From Octopus sinensis (lineage: Eukaryota): DNA of 64,000 bases. The DNA is taken from the NCBI RefSeq assembly GCF_006345805.1, contig NC_043001.1, positions 135,849,567-135,913,566 of the forward strand. The letters are read 5' to 3'. Below, piece by piece: positions 1 to 12,500 of the stretch. Within the stretch, counting starts at the first letter, position 1. Each line of letters begins with the position of its first letter. The position numbers were made by a program, and so were the translations under genes. The notes below the pieces were generated by a model. The model was not told where the DNA came from, ran no database searches, and saw nothing but the letters and a program-made list of their open reading frames with translations.

Positions 1-147
1 CTGCTGAGGTCGACTTTGCCTTTCATCCTTTCGGGGTCGATAAATTAAGTACCAGTTACGCACTGGGGTCAATATAATCGACTAAATCCCTTTGTCTGTC
101 CTTGTTTGTCCCCTCTGTGTTTAGCCCCTTGTGGGTAGTAAAGAAAT
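1..147 (+). mobile_element. SINE family B (MetaSINE-like central domain), partial
   Basis: ggtcgactttgcctttcatcctttcggggtcgataaattaagtaccag. Copies also at ~2545-2777(-), 10830-11063(+), 24316-24546(-), 32522-32733(+), 41780-42012(-), 45873-46104(-), 47220-47403(+) and 58942-59176(-). Confidence 0.85.
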
Positions 148-1845
148 ATATATAGAATAGTCCAGCATTTTACTTAGACATTATATATATATATTTTGTT
201 GTATCTGGGGAGAGTCAGATATTTATTGCATGGTAAAGAAGTTTGGTTTTTTTCATCACATTGTTCCAGATACAATCCTGCCTTGCAGCATCTTTGGCAA
301 GTGTCATTCACCACATTTTCAAATTGACCCAACACTTGTAGTAAACAGAAACTGTAAAAGAAGCCTGTTAGAGTGGCTGAACAGTGTGTGTTGTGATTTC
401 TCTATTCTTTTGGTTCCAGCTGAAAAAAAAAAAAAAAAAAAAAAGCTGGTGCTGTTAGTTATGACACGAGGAGGGTCCCATTTGATTCGATTAATAGAAC
501 AGTTGGGGCTCATGAAATTAACATACAAGTTGCTGAGCACTCCACAGACATGCGTACCCTTAATGTAGTTTTGGGGGGAGATTCAGCTTGATATAGAATG
601 TGACAAGGCTAGCCCTTTGAAAGACAGGTACTACTCGTCTTTACCAGCTGAGTAGACTGGAGCAATGTGAAATAAAGTGTCTTGCTCATGGACACAATGC
701 ACTACCAGGAATTGATCTCATGATCTTACGATCATGAGCCAAATACCCAAACCACTCAACCACACACCTTTACAATTCCTGCTACCAATAACAGAGACCC
801 TATGTAAAGGTCATGGACACAGGTCTTCTACTGATTATCTATAAAAATTGAAATAGTTTCTTTTTTCTTTATCATGTTTTTTTTTATCATGTTCTTTTTT
901 TCTTTATCATTTGTTATTTTGATTGTTTTGATTCTGAATTCATTTGACCTATTGGTTGACCTACAATAATTTGGAATGAAACCCTATGTGATGACACACT
1001 TTTCAGTTTTGTTTTGGCAAATCAAACATTTGATCAAAACCCCATCAAAATCAGTGAACATGAACTTCAAACAATGAAAAATTTCCGTTCCACATATATA
1101 TATAAATGTGATGTTTCCTCACATGAATCGACTTTTACACAAAAATAAAAGAAAAAGAAGGGAGAAAAAAAAAAGGAAAAAAGGGTACACACATACATAT
1201 AAGCAACTGTGTATATATATTCAGCTAGCATATATTAAGGTCTTCCGCTACTAGCCAATTAATATTAAATAGAAAGTGATTAGCTGCATTTTGGTTGGGT
1301 TAATGTGACATATACGTTTACTGATGGTATGAAAAACTAGTAACTGCAAAATGATAGTAATCCAACAATAAAAAAAAAAAAGAATGGAAGGACTTCAGTG
1401 AATTGGTTAATCTATTATTAGCAACAAAGGTCTCCTCTCTTCAAATGAAAGATGCCAGACAAATATCAATTATATTTTTCATTATATGGCATATGATGTA
1501 ATCTATTATGTATGTAAACAGGATTAGTGATGTTTGTATTTTAGATGTATTTATGGTTTATGCTTGATTATGGATTATTTTCTTCATCTTCAATGTTCAT
1601 TGACATGGGTGATAATACGATGTTTTGATCGACACACTTTGATTAAACCAACAGACAAACAGAGAGAGAGAGAGAGAGAGAGATAAATATGTCTGTTTCT
1701 GAGCTGGTTAGGGATTGAAACTTGAACAGTTATTTAACTGGTGGACAATAAGTTGGTGGTCAGAACTGCAGACCTAACAGCCTGCAGATATAAAAGTTCC
1801 CTATTCAATTATTAGCTTTGTGCAGGAATATATGTTCATCATTAT

Positions 1846-1944
1846 CTTTTAGATGACTGCCCAAACGGAGCCCATAGCGATAATAAGTATTTTAAAGAAA
1901 CACTCATTATCGCCAAGGGCTCCGTGTGGGCAGTCATCTAAAAG
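1846..1944. repeat. Long imperfect inverted repeat (hairpin) immediately upstream of the hammerhead
   Basis: cttttagatgactgccca..acggagccc..gcgataat pairs with attatcgc..gggctccgt..tgggcagtcatctaaaag. Confidence 0.9.
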
Positions 1945-1970
1945 TTTTTGTGCATCTTGATGCTCACATA

Positions 1971-2073
1971 AGTTCCTTGTTTTTCCTGATGAGAAGGCGG
2001 CATAATGCACCCCTTATTCCTTTGAAATTAGGAATATGCAGCCTTCGAAACATATGTCGAAAATAAAGGAATT
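1971..2073 (+). ncRNA. Type I hammerhead ribozyme (Penelope-like-element type, palindromic minimal stem III)
   Basis: Stem I ttcctt-gt-ttttc / gaaaa-ta-aaggaa. Core CTGATGA 1986-1992. Stem II gaaggc/gccttc plus gcata/tatgc. GAAA 2047-2050, stem III palindrome CATATG, GUC cleavage triplet ending at 2058. Confidence 0.85.
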
Positions 2074-3009
2074 TTGTTAATTCGTCGTTCAACTCCATTC
2101 TTTCATTTAAAAAAACATACAAATTTCCACACGATAGCACGTGATCTCTGCCCTAGGCATGTAGCTTCAACTGTGTTTTTCTGACGTGAATTTGCTACCC
2201 AGGTATCGGTTGACCGAATTATCCATAAGATAATTCATTCAACTACTCAATTATTCATCATTATCATTATCATTTTTATGCCTATTATTCCATGCTGGCA
2301 TGGATTACATGGAACTTGTTGAATCAGACTTTCTATGTTTAGATACTCTTCCTGCAACCAAGGAAATAAATTGTCTTGCCCAAGAACATAACACATAGCC
2401 CAGTCTAGGAATTGAACTCACAACCTCATGATTGTGAGCCTGACGCTCTAACAACGGAGTCATTCACCTTCACAATTACCAATATAAGTAAAAGACAGAC
2501 TATATGATATCAAAAGGTAATAAAACATGGCCCCAGTAAATATCTGTTTCTTTATTACCCACAAGGAGCTACACACAGAGGGGACAAACAAGGACAGACA
2601 AATGAATTAAGTCGATTACATCGACCCAAGTGCGTAACTGGTACTTGATTTATCGACCCTGAAAGGATGAAAGGCAAAGCCGACCTTGGCGGAATTTGAA
2701 CTCAGAACGTAACGGCAGACGAAATACGGCTACGCATTTTGCCCAGCGTGCTAACGTTTCTGCCAGCTTGCCGCCTTGTATATAGAAGACCTACAGTGGT
2801 TGAAGATACATCTGAGAGATGAACATTGCTTGGACATGAAAACAATTTGGCAGAAGAGAATTAAGAAACCTGTGGGGTATCAAAGTCAAGCTTTTGTTTT
2901 GAGGAACATGGGTATGGATACACAACCTGAGACAATGATGATAGGAAGTTAGATTAAATGAAATGGCATGAATTAGTAAGGAAAGGTACTCAGTCACAGA
3001 ATGACTTAA

Positions 3010-3229
3010 CCCTTTAGCATTCAAACCGGCCATATCCGACCAAAAGTATTCTGCTTGTTTTATGTTCAAAATGGCCAGATCTGGTCTCTCACACCACCCT
3101 ACAATATCGTTTTAAAAATTAACAGCTACCTCATCAAAATATCATAGCTACAAGATAATGCATGATTAGTTCAAAACAAAGTGGATGAAAAAGCATTAAT
3201 TTTGGCAGAATAATGCAAACACTAAAGGG
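3010..3229. mobile_element. piggyBac-like MITE (CCCTTTAG..CTAAAGGG, TTAA target)
   Basis: ttaa|ccctttagcattc..actaaaggg. Family copies at ~5935-6100, 24610-24785, 29379-29598, 39995-40200, 41043-41262 and 50030-50220. Confidence 0.75.
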
Positions 3230-4002
3230 TAAACTCTTGTACTTATAGCAAGTAATATATTTCATCACAGTAGTTGCAAGTACAGTGAATTCACTGATGA
3301 CATGGTACCCAGTCTAAGAATGATATAAATCTTGCACCAGGTGATATAGTTCATCAACATGGCTGCAAGTACAGTGAAATCTGTAATTCACTGATGAGGT
3401 GAACTAAGAATAAGGCTGAAATATGTCTGGAGTTGTTTCCCATTCTTGTTGGAAATGTGAAATAACATCAGTCATTGATTAATGTTGTAATATTGCTTTG
3501 ATTTCTTTTCTTTTCTTCGTCACTGCATAATTATTTTTAGATTCTTAATGTTTGCATTCATTAAATATTATCAACATCATCTATTAAGTTGATAGTTGAA
3601 TGAAAATAACCTTAAAATGGTTTTTACCCACCGAGATAAAAACTACTTCAAATGCATGGAAAAATGAAGACTTGGGCATCCTTTCTAACACTAGAAAACT
3701 GGCTGTTACTAAACAATGACAAGTTTTATAACAATGTTGATAACAATGATGATGATTAGTATATACGCTAAGAATAATTTCTGCTTTAGTCACTACAGAG
3801 ACATCCGATAGATTGGTCAGCTAGCATGTAACCAGATACTAACTGGTGGAACAGGTTTTTTTTTCTTTTTCTTATTATTAATGATTTTTCAGTTTGGTCA
3901 CTATCAGTATATTTATTGGTCAGCCAACAATTGGAAATAGTGGTCAGTATATTATGGCCTTAAATAGCTTTATTATTATTACTATTATCATTATTATTAT
4001 TA

Positions 4003-4037
<35 letters not shown>

Positions 4038-4994
4038 ATTATTATAATTCAGTTTCTGTTTAAACAGACTCTACTGAGATAGTAATCAGCTAGTAGCCAG
4101 AGACAACAGTTTGTGGTAGTGGTGATGGTGATGGGGGAAATGACTAATGATTTTGTTTTGGTCTGTAAAACACTAGATGTACCAATCAAAGGTCCGGCAG
4201 AAAGAGGAGATGCAAATCAGAGAGACCGACTTTAGTAATTTTAATTAACCTCTTAAAACCACGATCCCTGAGATATCTAATTAAATTATTAAAAGTGAGA
4301 AATAAGTCTTAGGGCTTAAGGGATTAAGGGTGTCAGATGGCAACGTTTGGGTGGTAAGTGGATTAAAATACCTGCAGGTATTTAATAAGGAGGAATTGTT
4401 TAAAAGTCAAACAAAATAATTAGTGATATTCAGTTACATCTATTCAGACTCTGAGTTCAAATCCTACGAGGATCAAATTTACTCTTTATTTTTCTGGCGT
4501 TAATAATTTAAGAACCAGTCAAGCACTGGAGACTGGTTCAATCAAATTTATCCCTTCCCCTCAAAATGTGAATTTTAAATTAATTAGTAACCATAGAAAC
4601 ATTGATTGCCTCGCAACTAGTTACCTTATCAATCCTATGAAGATTTTATGTGGATCACTTAACCTGCTAGAAATAGCAGTAAAGTCCCTCTCATATCACA
4701 ACCCATTATCTTAAGAAAGATGAGCATATTTGATATTGTTGTCCTAGATATGTGTAAAGACAGGATGGTCACATCTGGAACATGCTTAATCAGAGTTGAT
4801 TTAGGGCTAAACAACAATAGCCTATTTAGTGATGAGTATATTAATCATTATCATCATCATCATCATATAATGTCCATTTTTCCCTTTTCCATGCTGGCTG
4901 CACCAGGCCCCAGTCAATCTGTTTTGGCATGGTTTCTACAGCTGGATGCCCTTCCTAATGCCATACACTTTACAGAGTGTACTGGGTGCTTCTA

Positions 4995-5195
4995 AGTGGA
5001 ACTAGCACAGCTGCTTTTTTATGTGGCACCAGCATGGGTGCTTATTGTACATGGTGGTGGCACAGGTGCTTTTTTTTATGTGACGCCAGCACAGATGCTT
5101 CTTATGCGGTGCCAGCATGGGTCCTCTTTATGTGGCACTGGCACAGTTGCCTCTATGTGATGCCAGCATAGGTGCCTATTATGTGGCATCAGTAC
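4995..5195. repeat. Diverged ~25-bp minisatellite
   Basis: Unit ~tttatgtggcaccagcatgggtgct. Confidence 0.65.
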
Positions 5196-5512
5196 TCATT
5201 GGGTTACCAAGTGGCTTGCAAGACAAAGATGTCTCTGTTGAGAGACGGAAAAGAACTGAGAGAAGTGGCCATGTGCAAGGCGAGAGGTTAGCATATGATA
5301 GAAGGTCGGGAGTACTAAGGAGATACTAGGCTACCCCATTAGGACAAAGAAGCAGAGGAAGGCAGGAGAGAAAGATAGAAACAGTCAGAGAGAGAGAGAG
5401 AGAGAGAGCCTAACCACAGGAACAGTCAGGAGGAATATAAGTAGAGCAGAAGAGACTAGTATAACCACAGGTCAAAGATTGATGGATTTTTTTTTATATG
5501 TAGTTAGTATTC

Positions 5513-5910
5513 ATTGTTGTTGTTACTTAGCCCCAAGTCAGTCATGATCCAATAGACCTATAGTGTACTAACTGGGACCATCCAGACATAGTATATCTAG
5601 GAATACATTACTGACTGTTCTATTCCTTGTTGTTTAGCCCCAAGCTAGTCATGATCCAGTAGACCTATGATATATCAGCTGGCACCATCCAGCTAGGACT
5701 ACACTACTCACTGTGCCATTCCTTGTTGTTGTTTAGCCCCAAGTCACTCAGTATACTTATAGTGGTATACCCAGCTAAGACCATCCAGACACTATATATA
5801 TCTAGGAGTACATTATTGATTGATACATTCCTTGTTGTAGTTTAGCTCCAGATCAATAATTGATCCACTTGACCTATAATGGTGCTCCAGCAAGGACCAT
5901 CCATACATTT
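5513..5910. repeat. Four diverged tandem ~100-bp units
   Basis: ttgttgtttagccccaag..gatcca.tagaccta..gaccatccag..ctagga.tacatta..attcc recurs four times. Confidence 0.75.
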
Positions 5911-6142
5911 GCTCAATTAATGTAACACCAGATTTAATTAAGTTGTTTTATGTTCATACCAGCTGGATCTGGTCTCTCACACCTACCCTACAATATCATT
6001 CTAAAAATAAACAGTCATATCAACAAAATCTAGGGTTTATTACAAAATAATGCATGAATAAGCATCACATTTAATAGAGTAATCTGAATGGTAAAGGGTC
6101 AAAATTAACATTGGGGTAGCCAAATTTAACAATGACATTTAC

Positions 6143-6342
6143 GCTTTACTTGTTTCAGTCATTTGACTGCGGCCATGCTGTAGCACCGCCTTTAGTCGAG
6201 CAAATCGACCCCGGGACTTATTCTTTGTAAGCCCAGTACTTATTCTATCAGTCTCTTTTTGCCGAACCGCTAAGTGACGGGGACGTAAACACACCAGCAT
6301 CGGTTGTCAAGCAATGCTAGGGGGACAAACACAGACACACAA

Positions 6343-6391
<49 letters not shown>

Positions 6392-6565
6392 CATATATAC
6401 GACAGGCTTCTTTCAGTTTCCGTCTACCAAATCCACTCACAAGGCATTGGTCGGCCCGGGGCTATAGCAGAAGACACTTGCCCAAGATGCCACGCAGTGG
6501 GACTGAACCCGGAACCATGTGGTTGGTTAGCAAGCTACTTACCACACAGCCACTCCTGCGCCTAT
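6143..6565 (-). mobile_element. tRNA-derived SINE family A (central TA/CA microsatellite)
   Basis: Head ggcgcaggagtggctgtgtggtaag..ggttcagtccc (A/B-box-like). More than 15 copies in the window. Confidence 0.9.
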
Positions 6566-6844
6566 AATAACATTTACTCTACATCATGTGTTGAATATTC
6601 TTTACTTTGTGATAATACTTATATTGGCAAACGTAATATAACAATATATATCCACCCAATAAGCTTCCACATAGAATTTCTGCCAAATTCCACTACCGAA
6701 GCTTTAGTCAACTTGAGGATATTGTAGAAGACACTTGCCTGAAGGGCTGCACAGTGATCTTGAACCAGGAACCCTGGAGGTGCAGAGAGAACTTCTTGAC
6801 CACACAACCATGCTTATATGCTTGAATGTAAAAAGAAATATATA

Positions 6845-7260
6845 TATAGGCGCAAGAGTGGCTGTGTGGTAAGTAGCTTGCTAACCAACCACATGGTTCC
6901 GGGTTCAGTCCCACTGCATGGCATCTTGGGCAAGTGTCTTCTGCTATAGCCCCAGGCCGACCAAAGCCTTGTGAGTGGATTTGGTAGACGGAAACTGAAA
7001 GAAGCCTGTCGTATATATGTATAAATATATATATATGTGTGTTTGTGTTTCTGTGTTTGTCCCCCTAGCATTGCTTGACAACCGATGCTGGTGTGTTTAC
7101 GTCCCCGTCACTTAGCGGTTCGGCAAAAGAAACCGATAGAATAAATACTGGGCTTACAAAGAATAAGTCCCGGGGTTGATTTGCTCGACTAAAAAGGCGG
7201 TGCTCCAGCATGGCCGCAGTCATATGACTGAAACAAGTAAAAGAGTAAAAGAAAAGAGTA
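6845..7260 (+). mobile_element. SINE family A
   Basis: Full-length copy, inverted relative to 6143-6565. Confidence 0.9.
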
Positions 7261-7644
7261 TATATTTTTTATTTGTTATCCTCAAAAATTCTTAGAAGGT
7301 AAGTGAACTAGGAAGTTAATGATTGGTTATTGGAAATAACTCTGAGACCATTAATTATGAGAGAAGGTTCTATTAGGCTTTGTAGATTGGGATTAATTTA
7401 TTGGTTGATCCAACAGACTGGCTTTAATCCTGATTTGGTAATCACCATGGAACGCTTGTGAATTGAGGGATAAATATCTTGGTGGACCTACTCGTTTGAA
7501 TCTATTATTTAGTAATGAGAGAGGCTTCTAGTAGACTGCCCAATTAGGTTGTACATTATCTGTTGAGGAACAAACTGTGATTGGGGAGAGAGGGGGCAGA
7601 AAGAGGGAGAAAGAGAGTGGGTGGGCTAGTGCTCCTGGGAGATG

Positions 7645-7664
7645 AAGAGAGAGAGATAAAGAGA

Positions 7665-7700
<36 letters not shown>

Positions 7701-7775
7701 AGAGAGAGAGAGAAAGAGAGAGAGAGAAAGAGAGAGAGAGAAAGAGAGAGAGTGAAAGAGAGAGAGAGAAAGAGA

Positions 7776-7809
<34 letters not shown>

Positions 7810-7867
7810 AGAGAGAGAGTGAAAGAGAGAGAGAGAAAGAGATAGAGAGAAAGAGAGAGAGAGAGAA

Positions 7868-7899
<32 letters not shown>

Positions 7900-8036
7900 T
7901 GAGAGAGAGAAAGAGAGTGAGAAAGAGAGAGAAAGAGAGAGAGAGTGAGAGAGAAAGAGAGAAAGAGAGTGAGAGAGAGAAAGAGAGAGAGAGAGAGGGA
8001 GGGGGTGCTAGTGCTCTTGGAAGATGAAGGGAGAGA

Positions 8037-8070
<34 letters not shown>

Positions 8071-8079
8071 AAGAGAGAA

Positions 8080-8118
<39 letters not shown>

Positions 8119-8180
8119 TGGTGTGTGTGCTAGTGCTCTTGGGAGATGCATAGGGTGAAAGAGAGAGAGAGAGAAAGACA
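7645..8180. repeat. GA-rich microsatellite block with a recurrent gctagtgctcttggga spacer
   Basis: Directly visible. Confidence 0.9.
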
Positions 8181-8823
8181 GATTAAAAACTGGACAGACA
8201 GTAGATGGATGATAGATAGATGGTGAAATATAGAGCCAGATAAAGACAGTTAATCATGTATTGGTTGAGATAGATACAGAACTATAGCTAGATAAAGTAA
8301 TTACATGTGCACTCGTGTGCATGTATTTGTGTGTGTGTGTGTGTGTGTATGTGTACACATATACATATACAATGTATATATGTCTGCCTGATTCTCATTC
8401 TCATACATGGATATGATATGTTGGAGAAAGGCGAAAATGATATTGCACATGAATTCACAAGAACGGTAAATTATTGGGTAATTATTTTAAGGGAATCAAC
8501 TCACATGTTTATTTGTACATAAAGGATTACTGCACACATGAAAGAATATCCAACAGTAGACATGGATGAATAAAAGTATACAAAGATCTGTGCAATTTTC
8601 TCTTGTTTGTTAAGACAAGCAGGCACAAAGAAAGAAAGATAGCCAGCTAGATAGACAGACAGCTGGATAGCTAGACAGACATATAGGTAGATAGATAGAT
8701 AGACAGATAGATAGCTAGATAGACAGACAGACAGCTGGATAGTTAGACAGACATATAGGTAGATAGATAGATAGACAGATAGATAGATAGCTAGATAGAT
8801 AGACAGACAGATAGATAGATAAG

Positions 8824-10600
8824 TTTATTTATTAGCCACACAGAGCCGAACACAGAAGGGACCTTTTCGAAAACAGAAAAAATGGAGAAAAATACAATTC
8901 CGATCAAAGGGGATCGTTAAAAAAAAAACAAAAAAAAAACGATCAAAAGGGATCTTGTATCACAGAAAAATTTTAAAAGTGTAAAAAGCAAGATTAGGTT
9001 TATCCATGGAAAGAAAAGCCTATGGAAAAGACCACGGTAACCTCAGGTAGGGAGGGAATAAACACATGAGAGCAAAGTGCTTTCTCTCTCTCTTTTCAAT
9101 TTACAGGATCATGCTCAAAGTGGTTTTGTCATTCACACGCACCATCTTTGCTACATTCACCCACCTTTTATTGAAACTTTCATGAGACAAAATTTGCCTC
9201 TCAATTCTCACCTTCCTCTTCAAGTGGTGCTTGAAAAAGTTGATGAGCGATTGGCCAGAGAAGAAAGTGTTTGTCTCTAAACTTTTCGCTCAAGTCCACC
9301 ACACACACTCTTTGACCATGGCTACCAGTACGATGAAGACTGCCTTGCTTTCCCGGTTAAGGGAAGGTGGCAGAGCACTTTTCATGATAGACTCAGCTGA
9401 CAAGTGAACTCGTCCCACAAGTGATAGCAGCTGTTTGGCATAAGCCTACAGGTCCAAAATGGTTGGATACTGCGTGAGTTCATGCAGAACAGTTTCATTG
9501 CTCTGACCGCATCTTGGGCAAGTCGATCCGGTGTGTCTTGAACTGTACCTGCAGAGCTTATCCCGAACGGGTAATGCTTCTTGATAGCACTGCCATGCCA
9601 GGGATCTCTGGTGATTGTCCATAGGTCCTGGCCTGAAAGTTGTCCTGAACAGGTGGGTTACGTGTTCCTCGTTGACGCCCAGACTCTGCCCAAGAACATC
9701 GTCACACCTCCCCTCCACTAATCCTCTAAAGAACGCCTTTGTGGAATTGAAGTCACACAAGTTTGGTCCCAAACGGCAGAGTTGCTTGAGAGTAAGGCGG
9801 CACTCATAGTGCCATTTGCCTAGCCTCGGTCTCTGTTTGATCCATGACTGCAGTTCGGCCAGAGATGAGCTGCGGGTATGTGTGCCGCACAAACGGCGAC
9901 CACGCCTGTTCACCATTGTCTGTGAAGCACCGGAGATGTCACAGTCTCAGCACATGTCTGCACATCAGCAACCGCAGCATGCCCAGCCCTCCATTTATCG
10001 GGTGTTGACAGCAAATGGATTGCCTAACCATTGGAACACTTCACTTCCACAAAAAGTGGAAGAGTATGCATTCCAGGTTGGTGATGGCAGGGTCAGGACA
10101 AGGCACGACAGTCAGATGGTAATCGATGAAGGATGTGATGTACGTGTTTGCCACCTCCACCTGACCGTTTAGGGATAGCTTCCTCTCGGCCCATTGCTGG
10201 GTGAGAGTGGCCAACCTACTCATTATCTCACCCCAGTTTTTCTCCATTTGGAGGTCTGGACTGATCCAGACTCTGAGCAATTTAACTGGTCCATTAGTCC
10301 AGCATCCCACGATAGAGACGCTGTTGGACGGCATGGACTTGCTCCTCCAGGTATCGAGTTGCAAGCCCACTGACTTTTCCCAGTTAATTTTTGCTGCTAT
10401 TACCACTTTGTATTCTTTTAGTGTCTTGCCGACCAGGTCGATATGCCTGTGGCTTGACATTGTTATGGTGATGGTGTCCACGTATGCAGACATGTTCTTC
10501 CCGCATTCCAGCTCTCGTGGGATGCCCCTCAGCATCGCCAGCTTCCACCGTAGTGGCTTTAGAGTCAATATGTACAGAAGCGATGAGAATGGGGCCATTT
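8824..10600 (-). mobile_element. 5'-truncated, decayed Tx1/L1-clade LINE (ORF2 C-terminal RT, zinc knuckle, 3' UTR)
   Basis: ORF fragments with SxLLYIL..P, SAYVD (YADD-like), AKINWEKS, RKLSLNG and LPVRDKL..CPRCG..ETVLH. The 3' end abuts a (GATA)n tract. Confidence 0.8.
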
Positions 10601-11618
10601 GGTGTTTGTGTTAATGCTTTTGTTTTGGTTTCGGGAGTGGCAAACCACCCTGCTTTGTTAGGAGCATTGGTGTATAAAAAGAATGATTAAACCCACCACA
10701 TTATGTAGAGGGAATACTTGGAAATATTCTAGTTTCACTCACACACACACACTATGTGTGTGTATGAACATATATACATATATGTGTATTTAAGGTGTGT
10801 AGCTTAGTGGTTAGGGTATTCAATTTTGAAGGCGACAAACTGGCAGAATCGTTAGCACGCCAGGCGAAATGCTTAGCGGTATTTAGTCTGCCGCTACGTT
10901 GTGAGTTCAAATTCCGCCGAGGTCGACTTTGCCTTTCATCCTTTTGGGGTCGATTAAATAAGTACCAGTTACGCACTGGGGTCGATATAATCGACTTAAT
11001 CCGTTTGTCTGTCCTTGTTTGTCCTCTCTGTGTTTAGCCCCTTGTGGGTAGTAAAGAAATAGGTTAGGGTATTCAATTTATGATTGTAAGACTGTGAGTT
11101 CAATTTCTGGCAGTGCATTGTGTCCTTGAGCAAGACACTTTATTTTATGTTGCTCCAGTCCACTCAGCTGGCAAAAATTAATTGTACTTGTAATTCAAAA
11201 GGGCCAGCTTTGTCACACACTGTGTCACACTGAATCTCCCTGAGAACTATGTTAAGGGTACATGTGTCTGTGGAGTACTCAGGTACTTGCATGTTAATTT
11301 CATGAGCAGGCTGTTCCATTGATTGGATCAACTGGAACCCTCATCATTATAACCATCAGAGTGTCAGTATTCACGTGTGTGTGTGTGTGTGTGTGTGTGT
11401 GCATAAAAACATTAGATTATCACATGGAAACAGAAAGAATAGTTGAATTGTGAGAAGGGGGAAAATGAAAGTTGTTAAGTATTATATCTAAGATGATACA
11501 GCTAGATAAACTGGATAAATATTTAGGGTATTGAGAACTGGGTATGTATGTGATCAGATAAAACAGGGAAGTATTTTGATAACATGAGACTGAGAAACTC
11601 AAACATAACAACCCAAAG

Positions 11619-11621
<3 letters not shown>

Positions 11622-11679
<58 letters not shown>

Positions 11680-12500
11680 TGTGTACAGTGCTCAGGTGCA
11701 CTACAACTCATCTAAAGTGTATATATAATCAGGTGTAGTTTCGACGGATTTCGGGAAGCATGAGGGCCTTAAAGGATGCAGTGTCATGGCAGTCAACAAC
11801 TGATGCAGGCAGTTTATTCCACGCTTCAGCAACCCTGAGCGTGAAAAAATGTTTTCGAAAGTCATGGGAGCTGTGCTGTTTTCTGACTTTGTAGGCATGT
11901 CCACGTGTGTTAGACACATGGAGATCAAAAAGGTGTTCAGTGTTGTTGTTGGTGAGGTGGTTGATAACCTTGTGGGTGTTTACCAAGTCCGTCGCCAGAC
12001 GCCGGAGCCTCAGGGAATCCATGCCCAGGGAAACAAGGCGCTCAGAATATGGTAGGTGTCTGATGGAGGGTATGCGTTTGGTTGCACGTCTCTGGACAGA
12101 TTCCAGGAGGTCAATGTTCTGAGCAAGATAGGGGTTCCAAACTGATGATGCGAATTCCAAGTGTGGTCATACCATAGCTGTATACAGTTTTAAATAGATG
12201 GCTGGAGAGCGGCTAACGAAAGTCTTGCTGAGTGATGCCAAGACACCCTCGGCCTTCTTGACAATTTTAGAGATATGCTTTGTCCAACGCAAATCACTGC
12301 TGACAGTGATGCCTAGGTCACGCTCGCAAGAGGATTTCTTGATATCAGTGTTGTGGAGGGAGTATGTGGATGCAGGGTTTTTTCTCCCAAAATGCATGGT
12401 GGTACACTTGTCCACAGCCAGTTTCAGTTGCCAGTCTGTGATCCATTGCTGCATTGTGTCTAGGTCTGATTGCAAGAAAGAGTTGTAGACATCAGGATAG
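11622..12500 (-). mobile_element. CR1/L2-group LINE 3' end with (TAT)n tail
   Basis: LQSDLD..W..WQLKL..KC, ERDLGI.VSSDL.W..HI, LEFASSVWNPY, LESVQRRATK and TRGH..K..FF..RV...WN.LP. One frameshift near 12163; tail at 11622-11679. Confidence 0.88.

Noticed and set aside
2791-2930. Minus-strand acceptor followed by G-C-V-S.. and a TGA, considered as a Sec-containing exon
   Set aside because: The peptide does not resemble the family, and nothing supports TGA recoding.
6304-7071. Recurrent ORFs such as RQASFSFRLPNPLTR.. and YQIHSQG..CPRCHAVGLNPEPCGW
   Set aside because: Antisense translations of SINE family A, repeated at many loci.
7581-8133. Arg/Glu-rich ORFs
   Set aside because: Translation of a GA microsatellite.
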